Source of the DNA: Marsupella aquatica
Lineage: Eukaryota; Plantae; Marchantiophyta
Assembly: GCA_973895155.1 (NCBI GenBank)
Contig: OZ316897.1
Coordinates: 19,106,168 to 19,170,167, forward strand
DNA length: 64,000 nt
Direction: 5' to 3'
The notes beneath the pieces are model-generated. The model was not told where the DNA came from. It did not search any database and worked only from the letters and a program-made list of their open reading frames with translations. Every line of letters begins with the position of its first letter. Position 1 is the stretch's first letter. Below, one piece after another: positions 23,766-37,505 of this stretch. The translations under genes were made by a program, and so were the position numbers.

Positions 23766-24420
23766 TGCTCCACTCACTAACTATAGTACTAGCACACTTA
23801 CTTGCCTTGGATGTGTGACACATGGCTTCCATCCGTGTGCCATGCTTGATCCGTGTGCTTGAGGTGTGAGCACTATAAATAAAGAGGAGAGGGGCTGTCT
23901 CCTCTCACTCTCCATTTTTCATCAACTAAGTTGTGAAGCCTTAAGAATCCATTGGACTTGATGATTCTTCTATGAATATAACCCTTATGAAGTAGACCCA
24001 CTCATGCACTCTTGCTTAGAGCTTTGACTCGGCCAGAGATATTTTGTATAAGTTGGACCTTCAAAAAGTGTTATCATTTGATAGGAGATGGTTATTAAGT
24101 TCTAAAAAGTTGCAAAGTGCTCAACAATGCCTTGACATCATATGCTCTTTTTGGGTAAAATCCTTATGAAGTAGACCCACGCATGTACACTGGCCTGGAG
24201 TTTAACTCAGTCAGTGGTAATTTGTATGCGTTGGACCTTCAGATAGTATTTTTATTCAAAAGAAGATAAACCTATTAAGATAAACATCTGCATGTATATA
24301 TTCTTAAAGTTAACTCAATGTATAGTATTTGTTTAAAATGAATGATCTTTTTTGGTGAGTGATTATATATCTTGTCATTAGAATGAATATTAGTTGGATG
24401 GAATATTTGATAGTACGATA

Positions 24421-24838
24421 ATGCCCAGACTAGTATCTGTTCTTTCTCTCCCTAATCCTTTCCTTATTAGAATTCATGTACTCCAAAAAAAGATAATACG
24501 TCAGCATATGACTTTTCACTTTGGAGAAGCATTTGCAACTGCGGTGTTAAATTTAATAGAGCCAATTGTATACCCTTATGTAGTTTATGGTCAGGATTGG
24601 GCTTACACAATTTTTATCTTGTATTGAGATGGATCTCAACAAACCTCCCTCCGATGAACCTCCCGTTTCTTTCTTGTTGGGAGATATTTGTTTTGTAACT
24701 CGATCCAAGGTAGCTGCCAAGGAGGCAATAGTCCGTAGGTATGGAGAAAAGGGTTATGATGTTGTGCTTTCATCCACAGAACCATTCCTTGTGGTGTCTG
24801 CTACCCAATCTAGAATAGTAATCATGATCTTAACTTAA
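24421..24838 (+). CDS. Diverged small ORF A (24421-24627) and ORF B (24629-24838, MDLNKPP...) pair
   Basis: Both frames are open and align at the protein level with 1921-2347. Confidence 0.55.
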
Positions 24839-24905
24839 GTTCTCTCTTGACACTAGCAGCCATAGGCCTAGTGCTTCCTCAAGAACCACATTTTTTCCCC
24901 AGACA

Positions 24906-26737
24906 ACGTTAATGTGGATCCACCAGAATATATTGAAGAAGATTTTGAGGATGACAAAGAGGAAGAGGAGGGGGAAGCACCTCAAAATTTGGATGTAGAG
25001 AGCGAAGGAGGGGCAGAGGCCTTACGAAACCTGAGTGAGTAGGCCAAGCAATGTCGCAAGAGCCTCAAGAGGAAACGGAGGGCAGTAACCCTCTCGCAGG
25101 AAGGTGAAGATGAAGATGAAGATGAAGAAAAAGAAGAAGAAGAAGAAGAAGGGAGGAATGCCACCTTCCAACAACCCACGCTGTCCAAACTTTTGGATAC
25201 CACCAATCTGGTAGAATTGAGGACTTCTGCCCAATGTCTGGCGTTCATAGGAAAGCCAATCCCCAACGCCAGGGATCTACGTTACTAGTTGAGGGATTTG
25301 AAGGAGAACAAGGCAATGGCAAGGATAGCAGTCATGGAATCTGAGGGCAAGACTTGGGACATGGAGAAGCTGAGGATAGCAAGAGAGAAGGTTGAGCGAC
25401 TCCTTATAAAGGTACATAAGAAGCCCAAATCTAACAAGCTCATATTGAAACAGCTAGAGGACTTAGAGGGATTGCTAGACAAGGCAAGGGAGAAAATGAG
25501 GAAGCAACCACAGCCTTGCAGCAGGCCCGAGAGGCGGTCCGGACAGAGAAGGTTGGGACACAGGCCCTAAAGGTCGAGTTAGGAAAAGCCCAGAAGGAGA
25601 GAAAGAAGCTGCAGGAGCTACTGGCTGACAAGGAGGAAGAATGGAGCCACCTCTTGTCGACCGCCGAAGAGGAGTTAAAGGAGGTAACCACCCAGCATGT
25701 GAACTGCGGTTCTGTATCCCAGTAGAAGGCCGATGAGCTGCAAAGCTAGGGTAATTGAAGAGTTGGAGCATAGAGTAGGAGAAGGAGAACAATTGGCACT
25801 TTGGCTGTCCGACCAGTTGGTTGCGCATGGGAAAATGGTGGAAGAGCTCGCAGAGAAAGAGGCATCAACCAGATTAGGAGCTTTGGAGTGGGAGGAGAAG
25901 CTCCAAGAAGTATTTAAGAGAGCCAATCGTGAGCTACAAGGAAAATTAGAGGAGAAGCATACATACATTGTTGGGTTAGAAGAAAAAGGGGAAAGAAGAG
26001 AGAAGGAGAGGAAGAGATGGCTACAAGAGGTAGCAAGTAAGGAGCTCGTCCAACAATGCAGTAAGGTGGTCCGGATTCCGACAAACACCTACAAGGCCTA
26101 GGACTTGGAAGTGTAGGGCATGCAAAATAAGTTTTTGAAGGATGCACTAGCAGATCCGGTGCACAAGAGGAGGCTGGAACAGCTCAAGAAGGTGAGTGTA
26201 AACTCGTGGAAACTATTCACAAGGCAGAAGTTAGATAGCATCCCAAAATGCTATTGAAGATGAAGCTAGGGGGTTGGAAACTCTCCGTGTTATTTTGGCC
26301 ACAGCGGGGATTAACAAGAGGGTCATTCGTCCGGACAATTGCGATCGGATATGGTATGACATCCCGGTCCGGATCAAATTTATGCTTCCATTCTTTGAAT
26401 GGTTGGGAGCCATTGGGTTCACCCAATCCACAGACTTATATTTTAGATTGGGAGGAAGGGCCAACAACAGAGTAACACAAATCTTGCTATCCAAACTAGA
26501 GCGAGAGCACGCTGGCCATCCATTCCTCATTATGTGGCTCTCATGGCAAATGCAAACACTACGCATCCCAACTGTCCGGCATGGAAACTCCATTGGTTCT
26601 ATAGTTTAGCAGTACATAGGAAAGCCTTTGATTTAGTAGAAGTAGTGATGAAGTCCTGGGCGGCAAGAGAAATCCACACCAACTGTAGGCAGTATACCTT
26701 GCCCCGCCTGGTTACTTTTCTCCAAACGGCCGGATGA
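24906..26737 (+). pseudogene. Degraded acidic / coiled-coil ORF of a probable retroelement accessory gene
   Basis: Long E/K-rich reading broken by many TAG stops and frameshifts. No recognised domain. Confidence 0.4.
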
Positions 26738-29199
26738 CACAACGCAGAAAGAAATGGGACAAGTGTGATTTTCAATCCTTACTACACCTCCCATCTTATA
26801 GTCCTTGGACCCCCACTCTTAGGTAAAACGGATTGGACGTAAGAACGATTCAAGGGTCAATTTAACTCATATTGAAGTAATTTTTAGAATTGACTTGTAA
26901 CTAAGCAATCCACTCTTTTATACAAATGTCACTTTCCAAATAAGGAAGGGCACTTGATATTCCGCTCCCATTTATTTTTGGGAAGGGGGTATAAAATCAT
27001 CTCCGGCACACGGTATCATCTTAGTGGTACACATGGCATCATCTAATAGCATGTACACATGTCTATGCCTTTTGGTATGCCGTTGTAAGTTATGGGCAGA
27101 GTTGTGGGGTTTAGGGTAGGGTATGTTGAGAAGTTTAGGGTGGGTTTTTTGAACTGCCCTATGAGGAAACACATGGGGCAATCCCTGCCCATTGGATCCG
27201 AGGGAGGGAAGATCTTTGAACAAAGAAAATGTAACTAGTAAAGCCTATATAAAAGTCCTCAAATCTGGACTTTATAATTATATCAATGATATTAAGTATT
27301 GTCAATATGTGTTTTTTTCTAAATAAGAAGGTAAATTTTTATTGTTTCAAAAATAATAACAAGGGGTACTAGAGGGGGGTCCGTTCATAGGGGGTAGAGA
27401 TTTTTTACTGGGAGTGGGGACCTAGGGATTATAGTAACCAATGAGTGGATGAGCTTTGTAGACCGGGATCCGACTGTAGTGGCTTGTGCGGGGGACACTA
27501 TCCAAACCAACGAGCTTCCCTTTGATCCAGTTGATTTGAGTCTAGGTGTTTGGGAGAAGACATCCTTTTAGGAAAGGGTGACCCCTATGGAGTGTAATTA
27601 ATTAGATTGTTAGAGGCAAGTGTACATAATTATAGATTAGGAAATTACTTTGGACCTGCAATCTTTTGGACACCACACCAATTCTTCTGGGAGCTTGTAG
27701 ACGACGACGGGTTTGGTCTACACATTGAGACCAACCCTATAGTGTGTATATCATTCAATATGGCATCATGATCCCCGGGTTAGTATGAGACTGCCCGAGC
27801 ACGAGGCCTTCCCCCCATTAAATCTTTTGGCTCAACTCAGGCGGTGGATAAATGCCCTTACGAATCGATATCCTTTTGGGCGTTTGCTTGCAAACCCTTG
27901 CTACTTCCGGTGGTATTGTTTTGCGCATTCTTTAATTGAGGTAGTGGATTGATCTGGACAAGCAGACATGGATCTTAATGGCAAGATGAAGTGTAAAAGG
28001 ATGATTATGTGGAAGCTGGGTAGCCGGGCGGGGCCAGCCATCGCGTGAATATACAATTTGTTAATAAGCACCAAGTTCTTAAAGGGGGAAGACCCCATAA
28101 TTAGATGCAGAGGACCACCAATGCCAACTCGGGCATACCTTATGGTATACCAACCCAATCCTGACACAGTGGACCATGACAAAATTGAGCTTGAGGACAA
28201 ATGAGGTCCTAACACTTACAAAGAATACCACAACTGAGGGCACAATTGGTGGGTATTCGTGGGTGAGACGCCGGGGGAAAGGGAGGAACGACACTTGAGA
28301 CAGCGGTATGAGTTCCAACGACAGTGCTAGGCTTGCCGCCAAATTGAGGCAGTGGCAGCAAGGGATGTAGAGGCAGCCACATGGGAGGCCGCCCATGAAA
28401 GAGAAATAGGACTGCCACCTGTTGTGCTAGAGAAATAAAAGAGCGGCGGATAGGATTAGGTTAGGAAGAGCACATTGCTCAGTAGAATGACGGTGGCCAT
28501 TGCCCCATTCTTAGGATGAATTGTAAAGTATCTAAACCCCTGGTCTGTGTGTGAAAAGGCAGGGAGAGCATTGCTCAGTTATAACACATTCTTGCAAGTA
28601 GAATCGCGTTGGTGTGTAATGTTCTTTTCCTGTTCTGATAAGTTAGTCTTTATTGAATTTGTAGTAGAGAGTGTCGTTGAGGAAGTAAGGTTTGGATACC
28701 CACAATAGTGACAATAGGAGGATGTTTTCTCCTGTATTGTAGTCTATCCGGACCAGTGTCAAGAACAAACAAGCTCCATTGTTCTTGATGACTATGTGTC
28801 TCACCTACGATAAGAGTAAGGATGAAAAGCCGCAATGGTGAGGTGAGCTTACTAGGAGTCTAGCTGGATCAGCCTATTCATTAAAAGTGTATTTTCTTTT
28901 GTTCACAAATCAGTCTTGAAATGTACACTTTCATGTCCCCAAATGTACACTTTTTGGTCCCTAAATGTACACTTTATAGGCCAAATCATATTAGTATTAT
29001 ATTAATAAATAATACATATTATATCATTTATTGATTCACAAAGAATAATAGGATAGAGATAATTATTTATTAATTCACAAAGAATAGTAGGATAGAGATC
29101 ATACTTATAAAAACATTTCAGCACAAAGAAACCCTTGAATATGTGTGAACAAAATGACATAACTCCAAATAGATTATAAAATAATATACAATTATCTCC

Positions 29200-30383
29200 A
29201 AATTTACAATGTCCTTCTTCTATCTAAGGGGCTTAACGTGAGTCAAATCTCTAAACAAAGTGCTCCTTACAATGTGTATTTGAGCACGTGCCCCTGTCTC
29301 CTTTACTATCTACCCTAGTGTCACGGTTGCAAGTCCCTTTATCTTTAGGGAGCTAAAACTTGGTGGTGTTGTTCCTAATGGCTATAATCTCCCGCAAAAA
29401 GTGTCTGGGATTTTCTCTATGTGGACCTGAATAGTCCCTTCCTACAAATGCTTTAGCAAGTGACGTGACAAGTGCATCATCAAGTTCTGTCTCAGGACGT
29501 AAACTACATATATGATGCTTCACGTTCCAAGGAATCTCATTGCTATTGAGGTCCAACACACTATGCGTAAACTGTGACTTCCAAATTTTTGTTGCACAAC
29601 TCTTACTAAGTTGATCATAAGTAATTTTATTTTTTACCTTGTCTCTCTTTATGTGCAATAGAGACCACAGTGGAGAGTTAAGAAGAAGATAACATCTAAT
29701 GTCACTTGCATGGGATAGTTTCTCAAGACAAGGCCAAAGAATTGTTAGAAGAAAATTATCTCCACCATTGGCATGCGTGTGGGGCACTGGAAATAGTCCG
29801 GTCATGCTTGGGTTGGCAAATGCCTTAAGGGGGGAGTCATCCACAAGGAGGGTGTTGGTTTCATCATATAGATTTCCAAATCCACTCCATACCACCCAAA
29901 AATCCTTCAGTAGCACATTTGCCTTTCCGTTTGTAATGTCACGCCTTTGAATGCCTGTGTCAAAGGCTTCCACCTATGTGCATACAAACTTAAGTTTCAA
30001 CTGCTCCTCAGCAGTGAACATCATGTTCAGCATTTTCACTGTTTGATGTACCCCAGCACATGTCCAAATTGCAATGTCAAATCAGTCAAAAACCAACTTT
30101 AGAAACTCATGGAGCCCTGGCCTTTCTGTGTACATGCGACTAATTCCATTTTTCTATCCCAATGCACTCCACTTGGGGTCACAACATTTCTGGATTTGCC
30201 CTTGCTTTGGAATTCAACTGAATCCCAAAGTATTTTGTTAAGATCCAAAATCAACAATTTGCGCTTGATGGAACAAGGTCTTGGTTCTGCAAGTGCAACA
30301 AATACCAATCTTAGAGAAAAAACCACATTTGAAGTTTGGATATAGATCATCTCTGTCAACCCAACACAAGTGGCCAACCACAA
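29200..30383 (-). pseudogene. NIF/FCP1-homology domain protein (copy 2)
   Basis: KLLILDLNKIL, LKDFWVVW and YDETNTLLVDDSPLKAFANP. Frameshifts and stops. Same position downstream of the MTase gene as in copy 1. Confidence 0.8.
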
Positions 30384-32946
30384 AGAAAATATATTTGCAT
30401 ACTGATCGTATTCATTGAGAAACCGTAAAGAGGAGATGGATATTGATACTGATGCTCTAATTGTTAAACTTGAAGTATAATTATACAGACTATATTATAT
30501 CAAATTGATAAGGTCACATCGCTCAATCTAGACCTTGGCTAACAATGCGATCCATATTCATCAATCAAGATATCATCACCGAGCTCTTGTTGGATCTCAT
30601 AATTGACATCGGAGGTACTCTCCTCTATCCAATAAGGTGCAGACCAAACCGGAGTTATCAATCCCAATTCTCCACTTCTATAAGTTGGATCTTTCTTGTG
30701 CTTTTTGTACAAGTCATTGTTCAAAATTGATTGAGCAGCATCCAATGCAACTTCAGTTCCTACATCGGGTCCACTTTTCCACACGTAACATCGACAATCA
30801 TATTCAAGTGACTTATATCCAGTTGATCCTACTCTCTTCCCTTTCTTTTTTGAGAGTGGAAGGATAACGGGACTTCTTGATTGTGATCGAACAAACACCA
30901 ATTTGTCATCAGAGGCGGAAAAGAGTGTATCGGGATAAATTGAAGCACCTGCCTGGTTGTCAGCAGTCGTGGATGCACTTGCTTCATTCACGGGAATGTC
31001 AGCTATTTGGATGGGCTGCGGTCTCAATCCCAATGTGTCGAGTTCATTGGACTCACCATGCCTCTCCGCACCTTGATTGAGAAGGTTGTTTGAAGACAGT
31101 TTTTCAAACGTATCAACTTCCATCTCTTGTCCAGGCAATTGTGGATGGAGACCATCTCTATCCAAGTTATCATCATACTGGCCCTCGTTGGGTCCCATGG
31201 GGGCAACATCTGTAATTGGTGAACTGCAAGATGCAGATCCAACAATCATGTCGTCTTCCACAAGGTCAATATTTTCACCCTCGCCAACTCGGTCATCCAA
31301 ATTCTTCACATATGCCTCCTCCGATGGCCCATCGTCTTTGACTGATTGGTCAGCTCCATCTTCTTGATCACCATCTGATTCATCGTCAATAGCAAGAGTG
31401 GCAGAAAAGGGTTCCCAATGTCTAGAACTTCCACCGACATAGCGATCATAACGATCTTTGATGGTGGGAACCTTCTCACAAAGGAATGAAGCATATGCTT
31501 CCACAAATTAAATGTCTCTCATGTTGAGAGTCACAATAAACAAAACATTCACGTTGAGAAAAAAGGGATGCCTTCATCACTTGACCACCAGAGAAAAAGT
31601 CAAGAATCAAATCCCCCGGCTCGGACAGTGTTTGGATGATCTTTTGGATCATCCATGTGGGTTTGGCGTGAGGATTCACCCACCCATCCCGAGCGCTGAC
31701 CGTCTCAAATTGAGGTGCCATGTGTAGAAGTATTGCCGCCTCTGCTGGGATCATCATATTTCTTGGATCTTCATGTAATGACTCCTCGTCCGCGTCCTTT
31801 GCCTTTCCCTTTCCCTTGACCTTCTCAACCACAAAATCAGTATCCTTTTCACCGTACACCCATTTTGGCTTCATCTGGTTGGGCTTGAACACTTCATCCC
31901 AGCTGACGTTCTCTTCGCGAGAAATTCCCGCAAAGATAACTTCTTCTATTCCTCCCTTCCAACATGAGTCGTGAGGGTGAGGTTGATCATCTCAGTAATA
32001 ACTCCCATACTCAATGTGAATAGTGAGAGTTTTTGAATGTCCTAATTTATGAAGAGCGCTTAGGACATTCAATACAAGGTAACCCAGATGGACAGTTATC
32101 ATCACAACAATGGTGGGATTCCGTGGTAGCTCTACTATGTATTGGAAGAGTACCAAAATCTCTGCTTCGGTCCACTCCTTCTGTTGAAGTCGGCTGAAAT
32201 CAACAATTGCAAGAGGGCATGTTGGAGATTGTTCTTCCAACGACTCCGGATCCACTGTCTTCATTAGGTTGTTACTAAAAAATGTGACCCATGGTTGGGT
32301 CCGAGAACTTGTCCCCCCGCCAAACTTCTGACAGTAAATATCATCTAGACGCATCACCAATGTCATTGGTAATATCTCACTCTCTTTGTATGATTAGACT
32401 TCAATAAATTTGTCAACCATACTTCACCAGCCGCTCTTTGGCACCTGTTCAACTCCGACTCGGCACCTAACAATGGGAGGACCTCAATTACTTTAACCCA
32501 ATCACTATCTATTGGGAAGTTTTTTGGATCCTTCTCAAAGTAGTAATCTCCAATAAGAGACTTCAGTTTGATCAATATCTTCACCTCCTTTGCAAAGTCC
32601 TCCATTGCTGGAACATCTGACTTATTTGTTGGATCCTTCTTCAATAAAACCTGACCTGACTTCACCTTGTTCAAAATTCTGGTCAAATCTCTACTTGAGA
32701 TTTCACCATCAAAACAATGAAACATTGCGACCGTTATACCCTTTTCGGACCTTTTGTTTCCCTGTGTACCAGCTCCATCAGGAAGATGTCCATCAATCCA
32801 CATCTGGCACACTAACTGCCAGAGCTCGAAAAGATTATTCTCGGCAAAAAGCAACCAATATACATTTTTCAAGTCTTTTCTCCCCATGGTCATCCTTGCC
32901 AATGCCAAATAATCCTACAGTCAAAATTAGGGGAAAATAGGTTATC

Positions 32947-33081
32947 TGTTATACCCTAACTAGGATTAGATATCTTAACCCGAGTTAAGATCTAACCAAG
33001 ATCTAACTCAACTACCTCATGTATATATATTGGACACATGAATAAGATTCATTACATTGTTGGAGCATATGGTTTGTAACA
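32947..33081 (+). repeat. 5' LTR
   Basis: TGTTATACCC...TGTAACA, identical to 39180-39314. Confidence 0.98.
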
Positions 33082-33095
33082 CGTTATCAGCACGA
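33082..33095 (+). promoter_or_regulatory. Primer-binding site (half-tRNA type, complementary to the tRNA-Ile anticodon arm)
   Basis: CGTTATCAGCACGA directly after the LTR, with no TGG start. Confidence 0.7.
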
Positions 33096-34208
33096 ATGCA
33101 AATTTTTTTTCCCACGAAGAGGTGCTAAACCATAAGGGGAGATCCGAAGAGTTTTTCCCAAAAGATGAGCACTTTTGGCCACATTTGAGGGCCATTTCTC
33201 GATAGAAACCTCGAGTAGAATGACATGGGCCTCGGTTCGTCTATGGCTTGAGAACGATAGACCACCATCTAGAGATCTTGTGAGCGAGCGAGCAATAGGT
33301 AAACAGTAGGAACATAGAGACAGAACGAAAAAAGAAACACGTAGGGCCAGCCGCAGTCTAAATCCGAAGGAATTGAAACGAAAGGAAATCGGCAGAAGAG
33401 TAGAACTTCTTGAAACCCACAGTAACTCAAGACAAATCCCGCAGACGACGCATAGCACACACGAAGGAACGATAGCGCCAATTCAGCACGAAGACCAAGC
33501 CCCGGACAAAGCCACGAGGCGCCGTTCCGCAGATAGCACCACACAATCCAGACACAATTCAGACACAATTCGACGCTCGCCGCCTGTAGCCACTGAATTC
33601 ACAATTCGACGCTTCGCCGCCTGTAGCCACTGAATTCACTGACTCCCGGACCACTGACTCCCGGACCCACACTTGAGACAGCGCAGCGTTGAAACAAGAC
33701 GAAACGAAACAGAAGATCGATAAGGACTTCATCGGCACACCATCCCTCACCAAATTGAAACCACCCGTATAGGGACCCTGACTGAAGTCAAAGCGGATCG
33801 ATCCCACACAAGAAGAGCAGAATAAAGAAATACACAGAAATTGCAGAGAAGACTCCGAGAGATAAAACGCGAACACAGAAGAGTCCCAGGCAAATTAACA
33901 CACTAAAGAGAGCCGAGCAGCACCATCCATAGAGAACGAGTGAAAGACCAAGCACACCATAGCGAAGAGAGCAAACGCGAGCCCCAGACCAAAAACGTAC
34001 AAGCAAGGGCAGCGACCCCCAATTCTCCTTTCCACCCACCTAAGAAGGAAGAATCCAATCATACCGGGACCAAACCTGAAGAATAGCGAATACCAAAAGA
34101 AAGGAGCAAGCGAAGCTGATCCACCACAAAATAATAGCTAAGTGCAAAAACTCCATTGAACCCTCCTTAATTGCATACATTTACAAGGTGAACCCATATT
34201 AGCCCAAG

Positions 34209-37200
34209 ATGGCAATGGAGAAACTATTATTCCCAGCACTAAGAATTGACGGGAAGAACTATAATGATTGGACAATAGACGTGGAGGTTAACCTCACCGC
34301 AAAAAGAATCCCAGAAACAATACATACTGACATTGGGGTGGACCAATACCAGAAGGCCCAAGCACTAGTCCTACTAAGACACCACTTAATAGAACCATTA
34401 AAACATCAATATAAGACGATATACAACCCAAGGCTCCTATGGGATGCATTGAAAGAGAGATTTGAACACATAACAACTATAAACTTACCAAATGTGCTAC
34501 AAGCATGGGTAACCTTAAGAGTGCAAGATTTCAAAACGGTAGACTTATACAACAGCGAGATGTTCTGCATCTCGAACGAACTCCAGATGTGCGGTGAACC
34601 AGTGAATGATAAACAACAAATCGAAAAGACACTAGCAACATTTCACCCTACAAACTTAGTAATCTCAAACCAGTATAGAAACATGGCATTCACTAAATAC
34701 TCAGCACTAATAGCACACATGCTCTTGGCAGAACAAAACTCAATCCTACTCATGACAAATGCAAAGGATAGACCCCCGGGTACACTCCCAATACCTGCCC
34801 CCACTGAGACGAACTTAATTATAAACGAGAAACTGAGAGAAGCTAACTTGACCACACCTTATGATAGAAATACAAGTAAATTCAGGGGGAGAGGCTCATA
34901 TAGGGGAAGAGGAACGAAGAGAGGACGATCGAACTACTCCTACAGAGGAGGATCCAGAGGAGGATTCAGCAACCGCGGAAGGGGCCGTGGAAGAAACAAT
35001 TTCCCCGGAAGGACCACATGGAAACGAGGCCGCAACGACTACCAAGAGAAGTCAAGAAACAACTCAAACAACTCAATCACATGCTTCAGGTGCGGTACAA
35101 AAGGTCACACCCAAAAGGTATGCCATGCCCCAGCCCATCTCGTGAAACTCTACAAACAAAGTTTAGATGGATCAAAACTTGAAACCCATGGAGTTTACCT
35201 GGAATCACCTGAGATTATACCAGAAATTCATATGGTAGACCCCCCACCTGAGCTAGAGGATATAGATGTATGCATTATAGACAGCGGTACATCACACACC
35301 ATCCTCCGAAATAGAAAATATTTCCATGAAATTATCCCTTCCCAAAGACAAATAATCACTATAACCGGAGAAAGCCAAATAGAAGAAGGTCACGGAAGAG
35401 CCACCTTAACTCTCCCTGGAGGCACAATAATTAGATGCCCATCAGCCATATATGCCCCCAAAGCAAGGAGGAACCTTCTGAGTTTCCAAGATATTAGAGC
35501 CAACAACTACCATATCCAAACAAACATCCAAAACTTACAAGAAGTACTGCAAATAACATCACACTCACCAGGAGGGATAATCATTAGAGAAACCATCTCG
35601 ACCCACCCTTCAGGGTTCTACATCACCCAAAACCAATGTTATAACCTAGGGGTCGAACCCAAAGATATCACCGAGACATGGCACATGAGATTGGGACACC
35701 CAGGAACCAGCATGTTCCATAGGATAGTCAACAACTCAACAGGAATACCAAAGCCCTGTCACCCAAGGTCATTCCAAAAACCATGCATTGCCTGCTCCCA
35801 GGGCAAGATGATTACCGCCCCCTCCATCCCAAAAACCGAAAACCATATCCCCGCATTCCTCGAGAGACTCCATGCGGACGTATGCGGACCAATCGACCCA
35901 CCAAGTGGACCATTTCGATACTTCTTGGTAGTGATAGACGCCAGTTCTAAGTGGTCTAGAGTATCCTTATTATCAACCCGCAACCTAGTCTTCCCCAGAA
36001 TCCTTACACACATCTTAAGACTAAGGTCACAATTCCCTGAAAATCCAATTAGAACCCTTAGAACTGATGGAGCTGGTGAATTCACTTCTAGAACCTTTGA
36101 TGAATTCTGCACAATAAATAGAATTGACTCCCAACATAATGTACCCCATGTCCACTTCCAGAATGGACTAGCGGAGTCACTTATTAAACGTATACAACAG
36201 ATTGCTAGACCACTATTAATGCAATCATCACTCCCAACATCAGCATGGGGCCATGCAGTATTACATGCTGCAACCCTACTCCTTTATAGACCATCAGCCT
36301 TTAACAGCAACACACCTTATCACCTAGCTTTCGGGCAACCACCAAATATCTCACACCTAAGAATATTTGGATGCCAAGTCCTCATCCCCATACTAGGTCC
36401 TCATAGAACCAAAATGGGACCACAACGGAGGAAAGGCATCTATGTAGGATTTGACTCAACATCTATCATACGATACATGGAACCTTCAACCACTGACATA
36501 TTTAAAGCCCGTTTCAGCGATTGCCATTTCTATGAAAACATTTTCCCAACCATTAACACGCAAGAGGGAAAACATAAGTCATACACCAAAACACTCACAT
36601 GGCAAGCTTCCCCGGCACTTTGCCCAGATCCTCGAACTAACCAAACTGAACTAGAAGTCAATAGGATACTTCAATTAACCAAGATCATGGAGTCCCTACC
36701 CGACTCATTTGCTGATGCTACACACGTAACTAAATCCCATATACCAGTGGCTAATACACCATCCCGCATACAAGATCAGAGACTATCCTCTGACACACTC
36801 CCACAACTCAAAAGAGGGAGACCACTAGGAGCAGTCGACAAACAACCTAGAAACAAGCGTAGACCTCCTACACCAACCAACCATACGAGACCACCATCCC
36901 AACCAGAGATAGCAATTAACTACAACTCCACTGGTAACATACTAGATAGAATGATGATCAACCCTGATCTCATATTTGCCTCTCATGTAGCAAATGATAT
37001 TAACAACCTACCAGATCCCAAATCAGTGACCGAAGCACAAAAACAAATAGATTGGAGCAAATGGCAAGAGGCCATGAACTCCGAATTAGACTCCTTGATA
37101 TCTAGAAAAGTCTTTGGACCTATAACCGTAGCTTCCCCAGACCAACACCTCACGGGATATAGGATGACATTTGTTAAAAAGCGAAACTCACAAGGAGAAA

Positions 37201-37505
37201 TACTAAGATATAAAGCTAGGCTGGTTGCTAAAGGCTACACACAAGTTTATGGAACCGACTATGCCCTGACATACTCACCTGTCATGGACGTCACCACATA
37301 CCGCTATTTGATAGCATTTGCTATACACAACAAACTGTTAATGCAACAAATGGATGTTGTTACCGCTTACCTTTATGGTAAACTGGACAACGTGATTTAT
37401 ATGGAAGCCCCGCCTGAACTCATTGAGAGAGTAAACTTCCATGCAAATTCAAAACATAATCCACATATGCACAATGATAATAGTGCAAATCATTTGACTA
37501 TATGA
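34209..37505 (+). CDS. Copia polyprotein: Gag (CCHC knuckle), protease, integrase, N-terminal RT
   Basis: CFRCGTKGHTQKVC, IIDSGTSHT, WHMRLGHP...CIAC, HADVCGP...RTDGAGEF...NGLAE, YKARLVAKG and QMDVVTAYL. Confidence 0.97.
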   Translation: MAMEKLLFPALRIDGKNYNDWTIDVEVNLTAKRIPETIHTDIGVDQYQKAQALVLLRHHLIEPLKHQYKTIYNPRLLWDALKERFEHITTINLPNVLQAWVTLRVQDFKTVDLYNSEMFCISNELQMCGEPVNDKQQIEKTLATFHPTNLVISNQYRNMAFTKYSALIAHMLLAEQNSILLMTNAKDRPPGTLPIPAPTETNLIINEKLREANLTTPYDRNTSKFRGRGSYRGRGTKRGRSNYSYRGGSRGGFSNRGRGRGRNNFPGRTTWKRGRNDYQEKSRNNSNNSITCFRCGTKGHTQKVCHAPAHLVKLYKQSLDGSKLETHGVYLESPEIIPEIHMVDPPPELEDIDVCIIDSGTSHTILRNRKYFHEIIPSQRQIITITGESQIEEGHGRATLTLPGGTIIRCPSAIYAPKARRNLLSFQDIRANNYHIQTNIQNLQEVLQITSHSPGGIIIRETISTHPSGFYITQNQCYNLGVEPKDITETWHMRLGHPGTSMFHRIVNNSTGIPKPCHPRSFQKPCIACSQGKMITAPSIPKTENHIPAFLERLHADVCGPIDPPSGPFRYFLVVIDASSKWSRVSLLSTRNLVFPRILTHILRLRSQFPENPIRTLRTDGAGEFTSRTFDEFCTINRIDSQHNVPHVHFQNGLAESLIKRIQQIARPLLMQSSLPTSAWGHAVLHAATLLLYRPSAFNSNTPYHLAFGQPPNISHLRIFGCQVLIPILGPHRTKMGPQRRKGIYVGFDSTSIIRYMEPSTTDIFKARFSDCHFYENIFPTINTQEGKHKSYTKTLTWQASPALCPDPRTNQTELEVNRILQLTKIMESLPDSFADATHVTKSHIPVANTPSRIQDQRLSSDTLPQLKRGRPLGAVDKQPRNKRRPPTPTNHTRPPSQPEIAINYNSTGNILDRMMINPDLIFASHVANDINNLPDPKSVTEAQKQIDWSKWQEAMNSELDSLISRKVFGPITVASPDQHLTGYRMTFVKKRNSQGEILRYKARLVAKGYTQVYGTDYALTYSPVMDVTTYRYLIAFAIHNKLLMQQMDVVTAYLYGKLDNVIYMEAPPELIERVNFHANSKHNPHMHNDNSANHLTI

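Larger units (their letters stand above)
23089..24905 (+). mobile_element. Probable diverged LTR of the same family as 18228-19274
   Basis: Same order of parts: tandem repeat, CAGTACTAGCACAC-like block, CTATAAATA (~23873), GTTGTGAAGC, ORF A, ORF B, and a CCCAGACA end. Candidate TGTCTG...CAGACA termini. No TSD found, so the left end is uncertain. Confidence 0.5.

Noticed and set aside
26740-28900. Possible retroelement leader, PBS or gag region
   Set aside because: No convincing PBS, LTR pair or protein motif could be identified. Left unannotated.
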